A stretch of 64,000 nucleotides of DNA from Mayamaea pseudoterrestris. Lineage: Eukaryota. Below, one piece after another: positions 22,765 to 35,412 of the stretch; within the stretch, counting starts at the first letter, position 1; every line of letters starts with the position of its first letter. The notes beneath the pieces are model-generated. The model was given only the letters and a program-made list of their open reading frames with translations. It was not told where the DNA came from and did no database searches. The position numbers and the translations under genes were made by a program. The stretch covers positions 868,001 through 932,000 of the forward strand of contig BROI01000010.1 of NCBI GenBank assembly GCA_027923505.1. The letters run 5' to 3'.

Positions 22765-25423
22765 ATGGAAGATCCAACTTTATTTGGTGTCGCTTTGACG
22801 ACGCATAGGGAGCATGCGACGGATCCCGCGTCAGACGTCTTTTACTTCCAACTTGAGCAAATCATTGCTGCCATTTCCATATGTTTCTTTCGAACAACAA
22901 TCACAGTCAAGGATGAGCCCTTGCCATTGCAAGTCTTCTTTTCGCTTCTGCTTGGCGTAATGGCATATCGAAAGGAGTCTTATGAGACCATTTGCGCCGT
23001 GGAGCTCTTTTCATACGCCCTACCGTTTCTACTCGGCCGATGGAAGAAAATGAAGGAGAAACCACCCATTGCAAAGACGCTGCAATGGATTGCAATTAGT
23101 GCCGCTTTTTCCTTCCTTCTAGCGCAAACGACGATTTCGGGAAAGCTGTTCAAGGCTTCTTCAATCGTGACGCCTCGATTCGTTACTGCAGCACTAAATA
23201 AACTCTTTCCCATTCAGGAAATGAAGGAGGCATATCGCATCATACAAACATTTTCGAATCCAGACATTCTTCGCAAGCAAGTCGGACACTTGCTATTTGT
23301 TACCTTTCACATACAAGCTGGCATGGGATATCTTGGAATTAACTTTCTGCGGACCGAGCAGGAGCGACGGAACCAGTTACTTCGAATGGACATGTACGGC
23401 GACGATCAACACGAAAACGCGAATGGAGGAGCTACCTCCATCACCAAGCAACAGCAAGCAACAAGAAGGGAGGCTCTCATGGAACGAGCGATCAACTTTA
23501 AACGCATGGCTGGTCCATTCATCATCTTTTCGGCTCTTCCGTACATGTTTCAAATTATACTTTACGGCAACATTAACAAATTCGCCTTTACGTGCTTCCA
23601 GCACGACATTCACCGCAACGTGCGGCTACACCAACTCTTTGACCATGACTCACACTTGACGGCAATGGCAATTGAGTCGTCCATGAGTCCGGAATGTACG
23701 TATTGTTGGCAGCCCCAGCTCTACTACGTCAGCGCACCTCTCACTTACATCGTTTCTTTCAACATGCATAGCCTACGCCAGGTCCATGAATAACGTTGTC
23801 AACACCGTATACGAACTCTTTAATCGCAAGATTTTTAGTCTTCCCAAGATCATGCTGCTCCCAACCGTCATGTCAAAGCAGCCACTCTTAGTGGCCAAGG
23901 TTTTCCCACTCATCATTGGATCCGACTGGCTCAAAGCCACGGTTGTTGCCTACATGACCAACAAGATTGAGCATCTGCAAAAAGAAACGCAGGAACTCCA
24001 AGGCATTCGTTCCAAAGTGGAAGCCTTTGACATTAAAAACGCGGAACTTTTGCAGCGAAGCGGATTGGGCGCCACGCAGTTTACCAGGAAGCGTTGGGAG
24101 GAAATGACGGTGAACATTCAGAATAGACTGGTCGTGCAGGACTTGATTTCGCGGTCCAAGGATTTCTTTTCCTTTATGCAGCGCAACTTTGTGTTCGTTG
24201 CACTCATTGACTGCGCGTTGGCCGACTTAATTGCGCTGTCAAGGATCACGGCCGCCGATACATTCGTATACTCGCGAGCATATGAGGACGCGATTGACAT
24301 GTTGCTCATGCGTAGTCGCGGTGAAGCCGAGTTGGCGAGGATGATGACCGAGATTGACAAATTGCAGGATCTAGCTGGCGTGTGGGAACGCAGTCGGGAT
24401 CGCAAGCTTTTACCATGTCGACTTGCATCGCCGGCGGAAGGAAAAAGCCTCGTAATTCGCAATTTACAATACAGTCGCGGCACGGCGCTTGCTAGAGCCG
24501 ATCATTTGGAGTTGCGTCCCGGCTTTTACGCTTTAACTGGCGGCAACGGTAGTGGGAAGAGCACGCTTTTTCGTCTACTGATGAGCTGCGAAACGAACGA
24601 AAAGAGTGTCGACTTGCCTTCGAGTATAAACCTTCTCACTCCAACAAGTGTTTTCACCGAGGAGGATGACATTGTCCGTGAGTCAAGCTGTGAGACTGAG
24701 CATGATATTCCGGTAATTCTTGAGGAAGTCAGCACGCGCTTGGCTTCTCAAGAAATTATTCTAGATATGGATGGGAAAGCGAGTGCCATAGCTGGTGCCG
24801 CATCAGGGAAACCGCGTGCGTTGAACGAGCTGCATCCGCGTTTATCAATTACAATGCCGTCATCGAGCGTGGTTGAGATCTCGCAAACGTTCTATTGGCC
24901 CCTACACAGCCGTCCCATTGACTGGATATACCACGAAGATGTGCTAGGCACTTGTACGCCAGCCGAACGGTTAGACCGAGCACGGGCGATTGCAGTGAAG
25001 CTGCAGGATCTAGAGTTTTTTCAAAAGTCTGCCACAAACTCGACGGAGGGCGACGAGGATGACTTGCTGGAGGGACTCATACGCGAACTTATCGATGAGA
25101 AGGATGACTGGTTTGGCGATCTTTCGGGTGGCCAGAAAAGTAAAGTCGAGCTTGTGCGCAAGGTCCTTCTGCACGACCGCTGTCCCGATGTGCTCTTGAT
25201 TGACGAGACAATGGCACCTTTGGATCCAACATCCAAGTCACTGGTCATGAGCAAGCTAAAAGCGTTTTGCAGGGACAGCGTTGTGATCGTCATTTACCAC
25301 ACAGATGTTGGCGTAGATAAGCAAGTCGAGGGTAAGACGGTGGAATGCATACCGTCCAACGACTTCTTTGACAGAAATATACACCTTGAGAAAGGTATTG
25401 TGCATGTGAGAGGGACATGCTAA
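22765..25423 (+). CDS. ABC transporter (TMD + single NBD, divergent half-transporter); exons 22765-23695, 23772-25423
   Basis: Several hydrophobic helices; Walker A GGNGSGKS, signature LSGGQ, Walker B LLIDE, D-loop APLD, H-loop IYH. Intron 23696-23771 (GTACGT..TAG) joins the two ORFs in frame. Confidence 0.85.
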
Positions 25424-25469
25424 CTTTAGATCTATTTTGTTACTGTTAATGAACGTATCATTTCCAAAA

Positions 25470-28400
25470 TTAGCTCTCCGACGCATAGGTCTGGTTGCGG
25501 TTCGCCGCTGCAATCCGTCGCCTCAGTTCCGCGCGTTGTGCACGCTTTTCAGTCGCGGCCATGATTATTTCGGACGTCGGCTCATTCGAATTGGGCGCAG
25601 CTGACTGCTGTTGTGCGTCAAAGTGCCAAGGGATGAGCGGTGTCGCCCTCGAAACGGTCGGGTCCGGCGGCCAGTCGAAGAATCGATCCTTCTTGAATCT
25701 ACTATATGGGATGGCAACAGATCTGGGCTGAGTCCTGCGATTGGTCACGGATCCCAGCATCGTAGAGCAAAAGACGGGGCGATCGCCCTTCATCTCGACC
25801 GCGTCATCATCTTCCTCTTTCACCTCACGCGCTCCAAATTTTCGCTGCCAAAATGTTTTCTTTTGGGCATCCACCTTTGGCAGTTTAAACTCCCTTTCAT
25901 CAGGCTCGGCCACAACCGGCGCAGCATCACCGTATCCATAATCTACTGCATATCCAAGTCCAACGTCAGCTTCCTCCATTTCCTTTTTAAGCTTGGCTGC
26001 CTTTTCGTCGTCTTCTTTCTGTTTCTTCCTCATGGCTTTCTTCGCTAGGTAGACCCGGACAAACAGATTCTATGAACGGTCTTATGTTAGTCATTGTGTC
26101 TGAATATGTAGCTGGCAACAAAAAACGTTTCCAAGCATACATACCTGAGGACCCACGAGAGCAATGGTCAGAATAGAGAAGAAAGTTCGCCACGGAAACA
26201 TGATTAAAATGATACAAAGCGCACTCAGCGATATAAAGAGCCAAAAGGTCAAGTATGGATCGCGCCATGTTGCCAGGTGAAAGCTAATCCTCACAAAATA
26301 TATGGCGATTCGGATCATACGCATTAAAGGACCAAGGAAGGAAGACGCGATACGGTTAATAGGGTTGGCGCTGCGTTCGTTAAGACCGAGCAGCTTATCA
26401 AAGTCGTCCATCACTTGTTTCCTTGCAGCAGAGCCGCCGAGATTAGCTTCTGTTTGCTTGGGTTGGTCATAAGAAGGTGGCGGATGTATTAGTTCGACAG
26501 ATAATCCAAGCGAAACTTTGTGCAGCCTCGTCTCGACCTTCTTCAGATGCACTTGGGGCGGAGTCTTCGTCTTTCCTTTTGTATCAGTGTTCTGCGGAGG
26601 ACCGATTTTAAGTCGCTTTTTGTTCGCGTCGCGTTCAAACAGGCCAGCTTTTGGTGCTATGACTTCCACGTCGTCGTTCCTCGACTTGTTCTGGAGCTCC
26701 TCGTCCTCATCTTGAGGTTCGTCGTCCAGACCGTACATACCAGTATCCCCGGCCATGCCATCGCCCATGACAGTCTCCTCGTCTCCTTCACTCTCGTCGC
26801 TAGACTCGTCATCCTCTTCTTCGCCACCAGCCGCAACATCCGCTTGCGTTGGTGGTGCGGCCGAGTAATAAACCGACAAGCGACCATGCAGTCGCGTAGT
26901 ATTCTCCCCTGAACGACGAACAAATAGTTAAGTACAAGCAAGTGCGAGTAACAACAACCCAAAAATATGTTGTGTGGCATACCTTGTCGAGCCTTGCTGT
27001 TGGTGCTCGGTGCCAGCGCATCCTCAACGGCAAATTTGGGGTACGAGTCGCGCTCCGAAAAGGGAAATTCTCGATGATCATACTCGGTCACTTGCTCGTC
27101 GCCATCCTTACCATCCTTTTTTGGTGATGATCTTTCCTTGCTCTTGCGCTGTTTCGTCCGCTTGGCTATATAAGCCGGCTCCAAGCAAGGAAAGTCGCGA
27201 TCGGTGCGGTACACGAGTGCCTTGGTGATTTCCCAAAGCGTTACCGGCTTGTAACCCAAATTATAACCATCCCCGCGGACATAGTACTGATGATTTAATA
27301 TCAGTTGAATTAAAAGAAAGCCAACCCAGTACGGAGGAACCAGTCTCGCCGAACTCGCAAGGATGCAGTGCATTCCAGCAAAGAACATGTAGAAGGAAAC
27401 GAGTGGTCGCTCGTATAAAACGGCATCCAGCATCATTACCTTTGCCACTTGCCGAAGATTAAGCTGATAAAGGTTAAACTCCCGCATGGTAGCCCGAAAC
27501 GCCCCTCGTGTATATTTTCCAGGCAGATCAATACCGTGACAAGTGACTGCCACATTTCGAAACGTCTTTGGATCTGCGCACGGAACTGTCGGCTGTCCTT
27601 GGATCAATGGTGACGTTGTAACAATGCTCTTTGGATTCTTAAAGTATGAAATCACTGCTGCTCTCTCATTGAACCAGTGCAAACCAAAGCGCAAGCGAAC
27701 GACCCCTCGTGGTCGTCGGTCATAGATAAAGGTTGAATGTCGAAGCGGGAAAGTCACGTCATATTCCGTATCGGGTCGCAGGGCGGCAATGTCAATAACG
27801 ATGCGTCCACAGAACACGTCATTTTCCTTGTTTTTGCGGCTTTTGCAGTCAAAGACACCAACGTACACCTGCCACATGAAGAAAAAGCAAGCGTTCAGTG
27901 GATTGCTCGTACAACGCGCCCTCAACAATTAATATTTAACGTACCTGAGCATATGCATGGTTGATTGGAAATACAGCGCCTCGTTTTGATGCGCACGGCC
28001 ACATTGGCGATCGATATGACGCTACAACGTCAGTTCCAAATGCCATGTCGGCGCAAACAAAGTAGGCGCAAACGTCTGGTTTTGGACGTGCCAAACCGAT
28101 GCAGCCAAGCAACTCAATCTTAAAGGCTCCCAGACGACCATCACGCTGAGGTGTACCCCATGTTTTCTCTGTCGCCTTTGGAACATTTAATCCCCGATTC
28201 ACCTTGGTTGGTGGCTTAATGTATGTGGTGAGAAAGTCGAAGTGTTTGCTTGGCTTGAGTGAATCCTTATATATTTCCTCCTCCGTCATTTGCACCGGCT
28301 CATCAAAGCAGTGATATGGTCTCACGCGAAACTTGCGCTTGACAGGTTTGGCTGCACCAGTGAAGCCGCCGCTTCCGTGGTAAACCGAGTATCGAGCGCG

Positions 28401-29006
28401 TTCCCCAGGTGCGTGCAGCATGGGCACGGCGCTTAAATTGACGGCCGGAAACTCTGGAGGAAGCTGCGGTGGAGCACTTCGAGTACTGGAGCCGATACCA
28501 TCAAGTGAGAAATCGTTTCGAGCTCCATGATGCGCTGGAAAGGAATGCGCATGTGGCATGGGAGGCTTGTAATTTCGTCCGTTCTCGTACTTGTCGTTGC
28601 TGTTTGTGCTGTTATTGCTGTTGCTCTCCTTGGAAACATTTCGCTTCAAGCTTCTTCCACGAGGAAGATCATTTTCATCTTCACTTCTGCTATTGTTCTT
28701 GAATATTCCGCCAAATTTTCGCATCATATTGTTATTGATTGATGTGTTTGACTGCAAAGCAACGTAGGAATCAACGGATCTTCCTCGAGGACGATTTTTG
28801 GATTTCTTCAAACCTTCCTTCTGCTGCTTGGATTCGAGCAATGCGGAATCGTCCTTGGCAAATCCAACCTTTTTGCCTCCTCGCTTCGCCGCCTTGTTTA
28901 CATGATCATACTCGTCGGGCTCGTCGTCCTCAGATGAAGCAGCATCGCGCTTCTTGTTTCCAAACCGAAAGATTTTGGTGCGAGCTGCAGAAGACTCCAT
29001 GCTCAT
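25470..29006 (-). CDS. C2-domain membrane protein with PRT_C/MCTP-like C-terminal region; exons 29006-27945, 27868-26983, 26908-26145, 26069-25470
   Basis: C2-like FKIELLGCIGL..PDVCAYFV..FGTDVV..SPMW..VYVGVFD..FCGRIVIDI. C-terminal FHLATWRDPYLTFW..FPWR..GPQN TM hairpin. Three canonical 74-76 nt introns keep the frame. Confidence 0.75.
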
Positions 29007-29445
29007 CGCTGAGCTATTCGCGATGCGATGCGACGTACAACCTCACTGTTCCAGCAATCAATTCAGGTTCATTTCTTGATCGTCTCGTCCATTCAATAAA
29101 CTAGGTTGATCATGGAGTGGAGGTCGTGGAGTAACGAAAGATGATGTTGTGTGTGAGTGACAGCGTGACAGCCAACTCGGAGAATCCAAAAAATGTCTTC
29201 GAAATGACCATGACCAAGAAAGCGCTAACTTAGTACCCGAATGTTATGATACGAGTAAGGTACAAGTAGCAGCGACTCATACCAAACATTTGCACGATTA
29301 GCAACTGTAAATATTGATCTTTCTGGTTTAAGCAGAACTTATGTATCATTGTAGCCAGGTTGACGAAAGCAAAGTTGTTGTGCACGCTCATTATAGGACA
29401 CGTGATCCTTGCTCTTTACAATTTTATTCCGCATCCAAACAGAAT

Positions 29446-31494
29446 CTAGAGAGAAAGATCAGGAAGAGGAACGCGCGGTTTGCGAACGCGTCGGTAGCCA
29501 TAGTTGTAAAACTGGTCCAACGAGTTTTTTTGCACACGAGTCTTGCTTTCGCCACCATCCAATGGACTTCCATAGTCTTCAAACGTATCAAAGTTTTGCG
29601 TCACTCGCTGCACCAGCGGCTTGAAGCGGGAATCCGACTTGGGGCAGGTTCTGGTGAGGTGAAAGACGAAGACTTTCGTGAGCGAAGGGTCATATGCAAT
29701 TAGCCTTTCGAGGCAATTTAAGCCGCCGTACATAGCTGCCAAGACTTACTTTAGGTACTCCAACAGCTCCATAAAGTCACGACTGCCGCTTGGCAAAAGC
29801 GGACCAGGTCTATCGCGGATTCCTTCCCAGTCAAAGCCAGCAAACCAGGGGTGCTGCGCCACCTCTTTGAAGCCATTTTTAAAGTCGGCTCCATTCTGCG
29901 GCGATCCAATCCGACTCTCGGGTCCAGCCAGGAGGCGAGACAAAAAATCGATGCACTCAGGAGATAGCTTGTTCTTGGTGTCGGCAGGCATTTCCAAACA
30001 CTGTCGCCAGCGAAGAATCTTGCGGCACGTCGTCACTGGATCGTCGGCGTAAAATGGTGTGTATCCGACCAAGCACTCAAACATGATAACGCCCAATGAC
30101 CACCAGTCTACGGCGCATGTGTAGGAGAAACCGGATGCGCCATTCTGGGCAGCCAGGACTTCTGGACTGATATAGTCCGGTGTACCGACCGTCGAGAACG
30201 CCATCTGTGATGAAAGGCACGACTTTTTGAGTTTCGAGTGTAGTAGTATTGCTTGCAGCAGACGCATTCCGACTACAACATGAATCATACTTACCTCACG
30301 ACGTGTCTGCGGATCTGGTCGATTAGCTCCACCGTCAATGGACATGGCCATGGCATCGCTTTTATCGCGGTGCGTCGCGTCGCTCATCATGCCTCCGTCC
30401 ACAATCGCGTTGTTGAACCCCATGCTTTGGCCTTGCACCATACCTTGCTGACGAAGCATTGCCAAAACGACTTCTGGTTCTTCGTGAGGGATTGGATCTC
30501 CAACCTTTTTGCACAAGCCAAGATCCGTGAGTCTCAAATGACCACTAGCATCGAGTAGCATGTTGTCAGGTTTAATGTCTCTAGCATGGCGAACGGAAAG
30601 TGGTGAACGGATAAGAAGCATGAATAAAAAATGTACTACATCCCTCACCATATACATACCTATGAATGTATCCCAATGCATGAACACTGCTAATCGCTTG
30701 CGCTGCTTCACCCATGAAGAATCTAGTGGCAGCTTCCGGGAATGTATCTTCGCGAATGAGTAGACTCATGAGATCGCCGCCCGGCATAAACGCCATGACC
30801 ATATAGAGGTAATGCTCGTCAAAGAATGAATAGTACAAAGCTGTCAGCCATCGATTTGAATCTTCCGCTGCCGAAAGCGCTTCACGTTCCGCGTTAACGT
30901 GATGAACTTGGTTCTTGACAATCATCATGTCCTTCTTCATACTCTTGAGTGCGAATATTTGGCCAGCATACGAATCTGTGTGCTTGCCCCGTCGTCTTAC
31001 CAATCGAACCTCTCCAAAGGCGCCGCGACCAATCACTGCGAGTGATTCAAAGTCAGCGACGGAAATCTTTTTGCGACTTTCCTTTTGCACCAGAATTTCC
31101 TCGTGCTCAAGGGCACGTCGGAGCTCCTGCTTTTTCATTTCTGGTAATCCGATCATCTTGTGCTCCAGCTCCGTCTTGCGAACGTGTTTTTCGGTCTGTT
31201 GATCGAGATGGAAGGAAATGGAGAAATGGGAATGAGTGAATAAGTGACGACGTTCCGAGACAAGCATTAACGACGCGGTCATTCACACAAAATTCGACAT
31301 TTGCAGAGTCCATCTCCATTCAAATGATTCAATTAGTGCGGATCTTTCATGCCTCTTACTTGATGTTTTTTGAGGCCATGGTATCGCTGCGAAAGCAAGG
31401 CCTTGGCGCGGTTGGCTCGCTCCTCCATTTCCTTGTCAGCGGCAGCGACGGCATCCTCGTCCAACTGCGTACCCAAGCCGACTGGCTGCTGCAT
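29446..31494 (-). CDS. NDR/LATS-family AGC Ser/Thr kinase; exons 31494-31360, 31195-30660, 30580-30295, 30204-29750, 29650-29446
   Basis: MOB-binding-type N-terminus, [30 protein letters not shown] (across an intron), long activation-segment insert ending [29 protein letters not shown], and an AGC tail NFD..FYNYGY. Confidence 0.92.
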
Positions 31495-31652
31495 GTTCAA
31501 CTAATTAAAATGTACGACACACAACAAGGAAGGTTGAAAACGATCCGTTTCCTTGCCTCATCATGGAAGGATCGCGAATGTTGCCACGCCGTCGGTCGCT
31601 GCTCTGTCGCGTCGCACCACGTTTTAAAAATGTTCTGTAGGCCGAAGTGTAC

Positions 31653-31741
31653 TGCCAAAAACTTTGAAAAATTTCAAAGTTTTTGGCACTGTAGGCTATA
31701 TAGTAGTGGCAAAAACTTTGAAAATCAAAGTTTTTGGCACT
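31653..31741. repeat. Two tandem near-perfect palindromes in the divergent NDR/p24 promoter
   Basis: TGCCAAAAACTTTGAAA-AA-TTTCAAAGTTTTTGGCA (31653-31688, 17-bp arms) and AGTG-G-CAAAAACTTTGA-AAA-TCAAAGTTTTTG-G-CACT (31705-31741). Confidence 0.9.
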
Positions 31742-31912
31742 GTCGACTTTAAAGTACTGTCAAGTACAGCTAACTGTTTTCATGATTGGCTTTCACTAAC
31801 AGTCATTTTTGTCGTAGCGCAACTAGCGACCATCCGCCAAGGCAGATCCGTCGCCCGACCACACGAGTCACCATGGAAATTTCCACTTTCGCATAGCTAC
31901 ATTCGCTTCGAC

Positions 31913-32893
31913 ATGATGAAGTTAAACACCTCGTCTCTTGTATTACTAGTAACAATTTTGAACACTGTACATGCCCTTCCGCTACAAGTAGATGTCAATC
32001 AGCGAGGCTCCGAGTGTCTCTACGAGCAATTGAATGACAATGAATCCGTCACACTTTCGGCCTTTATACTGAATGGACCCGAGCTTCGAGCGACAGTCGC
32101 CTTTGATGGACCAGTAGCTCCTGCTGATATCACCTCCGGTGCTCAATTGAAGGAACATTTGGATCAGTTCGATCGAGGAAATTCGGTGCATCAAAAACAA
32201 AACGACGGCAAACTCGTCTTGTTTAGCGACGCGATCGACTTTGAGCATTTGAATATGGGCGACTTTGAACTCATGGAGGACGACGATGATTATATGGAAG
32301 ATGAGAATTCCTCGAGTGATCCAGAAGCAACTGCTCGGAAACGAGCCCAGCAGCGCAAGCGCTCGCTTGAAAAGCGGCAACACAAGGACCATCAATTGCA
32401 CAAGCAGCAACGCAAAGTGCGAGAGGAAGGAGTTGCTTTCCAAAAGACTTTTAAGGTGCAAGCAGCTGGCTGGTATCGATTCTGTATAAAAGCTACTTGG
32501 TACCAAGTTACCGCCGAGATTGATCTACGCAAGGAGAGTGAGTTTGGTGGCTTGAACGAGCACGGTCACGTTTGGACGTACGAGGAGAAGACCATGGCTG
32601 AGGAAGACAAGCTCATGGACGAGGATACAGCGTCGGAGGAAGGCATCAAGGACGAAGATTTCACGGCGACAAAGGATAAGCTTCGTACGCTACGTCGTCT
32701 CTTAGCCGACATTTCCAACAAGCAGCAGCAGGAGCGACATCGACTCATTGTGCATGCGGCAACGAATGAACATTCGCACTCTCGCATGGTACTTGGATCA
32801 CTGTTTGAGACGGTCTTGTTCATGATTGTTACGGGCGTTCAAGTCTGGACTATTCGGCGCTGGTTCAAGGGTGCGCCGGCGCTAGGCAGATAG
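31913..32893 (+). CDS. emp24/gp25L/p24 (TMED) family GOLD-domain cargo receptor
   Basis: Signal peptide, SECLYEQL, AGWYRFCI, coiled coil ending ATNEHSHSRMV, TM LFETVLFMIVTGVQVWTIRRWF. Confidence 0.88.
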   Translation: MMKLNTSSLVLLVTILNTVHALPLQVDVNQRGSECLYEQLNDNESVTLSAFILNGPELRATVAFDGPVAPADITSGAQLKEHLDQFDRGNSVHQKQNDGKLVLFSDAIDFEHLNMGDFELMEDDDDYMEDENSSSDPEATARKRAQQRKRSLEKRQHKDHQLHKQQRKVREEGVAFQKTFKVQAAGWYRFCIKATWYQVTAEIDLRKESEFGGLNEHGHVWTYEEKTMAEEDKLMDEDTASEEGIKDEDFTATKDKLRTLRRLLADISNKQQQERHRLIVHAATNEHSHSRMVLGSLFETVLFMIVTGVQVWTIRRWFKGAPALGR

Positions 32894-33122
32894 AAATGGC
32901 AAGCGTAACCTACATAGTGCTGGAACAACGTGCAGTGTGCAGGTAGCTGAGTAGTTTCGTGTACATGCTGATACTGTAAAGTGACTCCAAAACAACAAAA
33001 GCGTTACAAAATCGTGTAGGAGCGAGTTAAATTGAAATTGACGCGGCAAGTGTTCTTCGTCCCATTCTCGAAATATACCAAAATGTCAAGTGACAATCTC
33101 CATAAAGCTGTAGTAAGTACCT

Positions 33123-33854
33123 TCAAAATCCTTCGTAGCTGCTGCTGCTTCCGTCGTTGCTACTACCGGTACTAGCAGCCGAAGACTGGCGTCTATGATG
33201 CATGCGAATGTGACTGGCCAAGAATGTAACGTCTGGATGGCATGGTCCGAGCAACTGCTGCTGTATCAAGAGAGCTTCCATTCGACATTGTAATCCACAG
33301 TCAGCTGCCTGTAGCTCGGCGCTTGAAGAGTAGTCCAATAGGTCCGCTAGAGAATGTTTCTTCGACTGCATCTCTGGCCGTTCTTCACAGTCGCTCTCGT
33401 AGCAAAGAATCGGAGCAAGGTGAGCTCTTTTCTGGCGAAGTATCGGAAGAGCTTGAGAGTCACATTGGTTCAGTTTGCTGTGAAACAAATCAGTTTCTTC
33501 TTGCGTAGAAGCTGCAGTAGTTTTTGAATCAAAAATGGAGCTACCGGAACTGCAAGTTGAGGAGGACGACGTTACCGAAAGCTTACGCGAGCGACCCTTG
33601 AGGTAAGTGACTGCGCGAGCCAAGGCATTCGCTGAGGCGTCCATGGTGCAAGGATCGTCGTCTAAAATCTTCTTGTCTCTTGGCGTATTTTCTTTATTGA
33701 CATCCACGAACAAATCGCTTACACTGAGACTGCTGCCATGCCAGGTTGCGTCATTCGTGAGCTTGTTGCTGCTTACGCTTCCTCCTCGAAATGTTGGGCG
33801 CGAAAGGTACGCCATCATCGACAGACGCTTCTTGCTGTGCATTGGATCTTTCAT
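33123..33854 (-). CDS. Ser-rich hypothetical protein
   Basis: ORF from ATG 33854. C-terminal EALLIQQQLLGPCHPDV resembles a single KLC-type TPR fragment. Confidence 0.55.
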   Translation of the reverse strand: MKDPMHSKKRLSMMAYLSRPTFRGGSVSSNKLTNDATWHGSSLSVSDLFVDVNKENTPRDKKILDDDPCTMDASANALARAVTYLKGRSRKLSVTSSSSTCSSGSSIFDSKTTAASTQEETDLFHSKLNQCDSQALPILRQKRAHLAPILCYESDCEERPEMQSKKHSLADLLDYSSSAELQAADCGLQCRMEALLIQQQLLGPCHPDVTFLASHIRMHHRRQSSAASTGSSNDGSSSSYEGF

Positions 33855-34280
33855 GCTTTGCTTGTCAAACTGTGAGAGCAATTGAGAGTGCAAGCATATA
33901 CGCAGGCTCTCCCTATGATATCTGGCTTGGTCGGGTCTCCTCTCTCCTCGCATGCGAGTGCAAGCGAAAGCGTTCGAAGAATTTCGCGGAACATTTGCCT
34001 TCGGGCAATGCTTGTTCTGCGTTCCGCGTGGGAAGCTGATTCGTCGAATGCAAGTGCAAGCAGTGACTGACGTGGTGCTGAAACTGCCGGCAGCACAAGC
34101 CGGAGTAAATAATGACACTATACATAGGAGTGACCAGCTGTTCTGTCGTATGGCTATTGGAACAGCAGGCGCGTGCGAGCAGCTTGCCGGTCCGTATCAT
34201 ATGCATCATACTACTCTACGAGTAGTACACTCCGTAAATTACTACCGGTATGCGACAATTTGATGAGACTATGAAAACCA

Positions 34281-35267
34281 CTATAGATGGAAATCTCCAG
34301 CGTGATGCCGCTTTGCCTTTATCAAGGCGTACTGCGCTCGAACCTTGCGTCGCATGAGCTCCATTTCTGCTTGCTCAGCTTGAACATCAGCTTCATCCAT
34401 GCCGGAATGATTGTTGGCAACATTCTTGGCTGCCTTTCGTGGTGTCGCCTTGCGAGGAAGCTGTTTGAAGGATGGAGGTCGCTCCGCTTGCTCGCCAAAT
34501 TGTACTTGCGTCTCCAAAGCTCGCTTGGCGTATGCTTGCTCGCCGGTGACCAATGTGTTGGAGACAGGATGTTTGTCGTCCATCTGATCGCCATTGTCTT
34601 CATCCTCTCCTCCAAACCGGTATGCATGTTGCAATCCTCCCTTCTTTGTCTTTTTCTTATTGTTCAAAAATTCTTTTTTTCGTTTACGCTTGTCAGGATT
34701 GTGGGCCTCCATGGTTTCCCGCCTGATGATCCGTCGGGTTTCGTTGGCGACGCGCTTGCGATACGCATTCTTGCTTTCGTGCTCCATGCGTGGCTGATGA
34801 ATACTTTTGGAGGGTTGTACTTGCTGCTCGAGTTTCAAAAGGCGATTGATAGACGTTTCCTCTTGTAAATTGTTGCTGGCGGGCCGAGTAGGCATTTGTG
34901 TCGGCGTACTTAAAGAATCATTGATTGCATGTGTGACGTTTGTTGCAGATGGAATCGACACGCGAATTATCTCATTGATTGGCTCGTCACTTCTACTCTT
35001 TTTGACGCTCCCCAGCAAGTCCTGCATGTTAAATTCGTCTCCATCAGCCGGAGGCGCATCAAAGGCTCGATCCGTAAACTTGTCAAGCTTTGTCTTTCGC
35101 TTTCGCTGCGCGCGGAGTTTCTCGGCAGTCCGACTTCGTTTCTTGGCTTTTCTGCCATCGTCTCCAATGCCCCACACTGTTTCTCCTCCAATTGTCTTTC
35201 GCTTATTGCCTCCTTTGGCGAACGGATCGCAAGCCTTGATCTTTTTGTAGCGGGCGACGCGTCCCAT
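34281..35267 (-). CDS. Basic nucleolar-type protein, CCDC137-like
   Basis: MGRVARYKKIKACDPF, RMEHESKNAYRKRV, KRKRKKEFL, VQFGEQAERPPSF and R.KV.AQY..IK motifs match the CCDC137 family as I recall it. Confidence 0.65.
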   Translation of the reverse strand: MGRVARYKKIKACDPFAKGGNKRKTIGGETVWGIGDDGRKAKKRSRTAEKLRAQRKRKTKLDKFTDRAFDAPPADGDEFNMQDLLGSVKKSRSDEPINEIIRVSIPSATNVTHAINDSLSTPTQMPTRPASNNLQEETSINRLLKLEQQVQPSKSIHQPRMEHESKNAYRKRVANETRRIIRRETMEAHNPDKRKRKKEFLNNKKKTKKGGLQHAYRFGGEDEDNGDQMDDKHPVSNTLVTGEQAYAKRALETQVQFGEQAERPPSFKQLPRKATPRKAAKNVANNHSGMDEADVQAEQAEMELMRRKVRAQYALIKAKRHHAGDFHL

Positions 35268-35412
35268 GCTCGACTGCAGTAGTTCGAAAAATAATAATGG
35301 ATGGTCGATTGGTCGACGTCTAAAGGAATCGGAGCGGTACTCACACGACCGCGCCGTCGCGGTTCCACGCATCCGTGCCACGAACCTCGTGATGCGTCGA
35401 CATTCTGCGACC

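Noticed and set aside
30287..30296. ATACTTACCT resembling the U1 snRNA 5' end
   Set aside because: It is simply the reverse complement of the NDR intron donor AG|GTAAGTAT; no U1 body follows.
31664..31912. N-terminal extension of the p24 ORF with repeated KVFGTV
   Set aside because: It is a translation of the promoter palindromes from a TTG start; the real start is the signal-peptide ATG at 31913.
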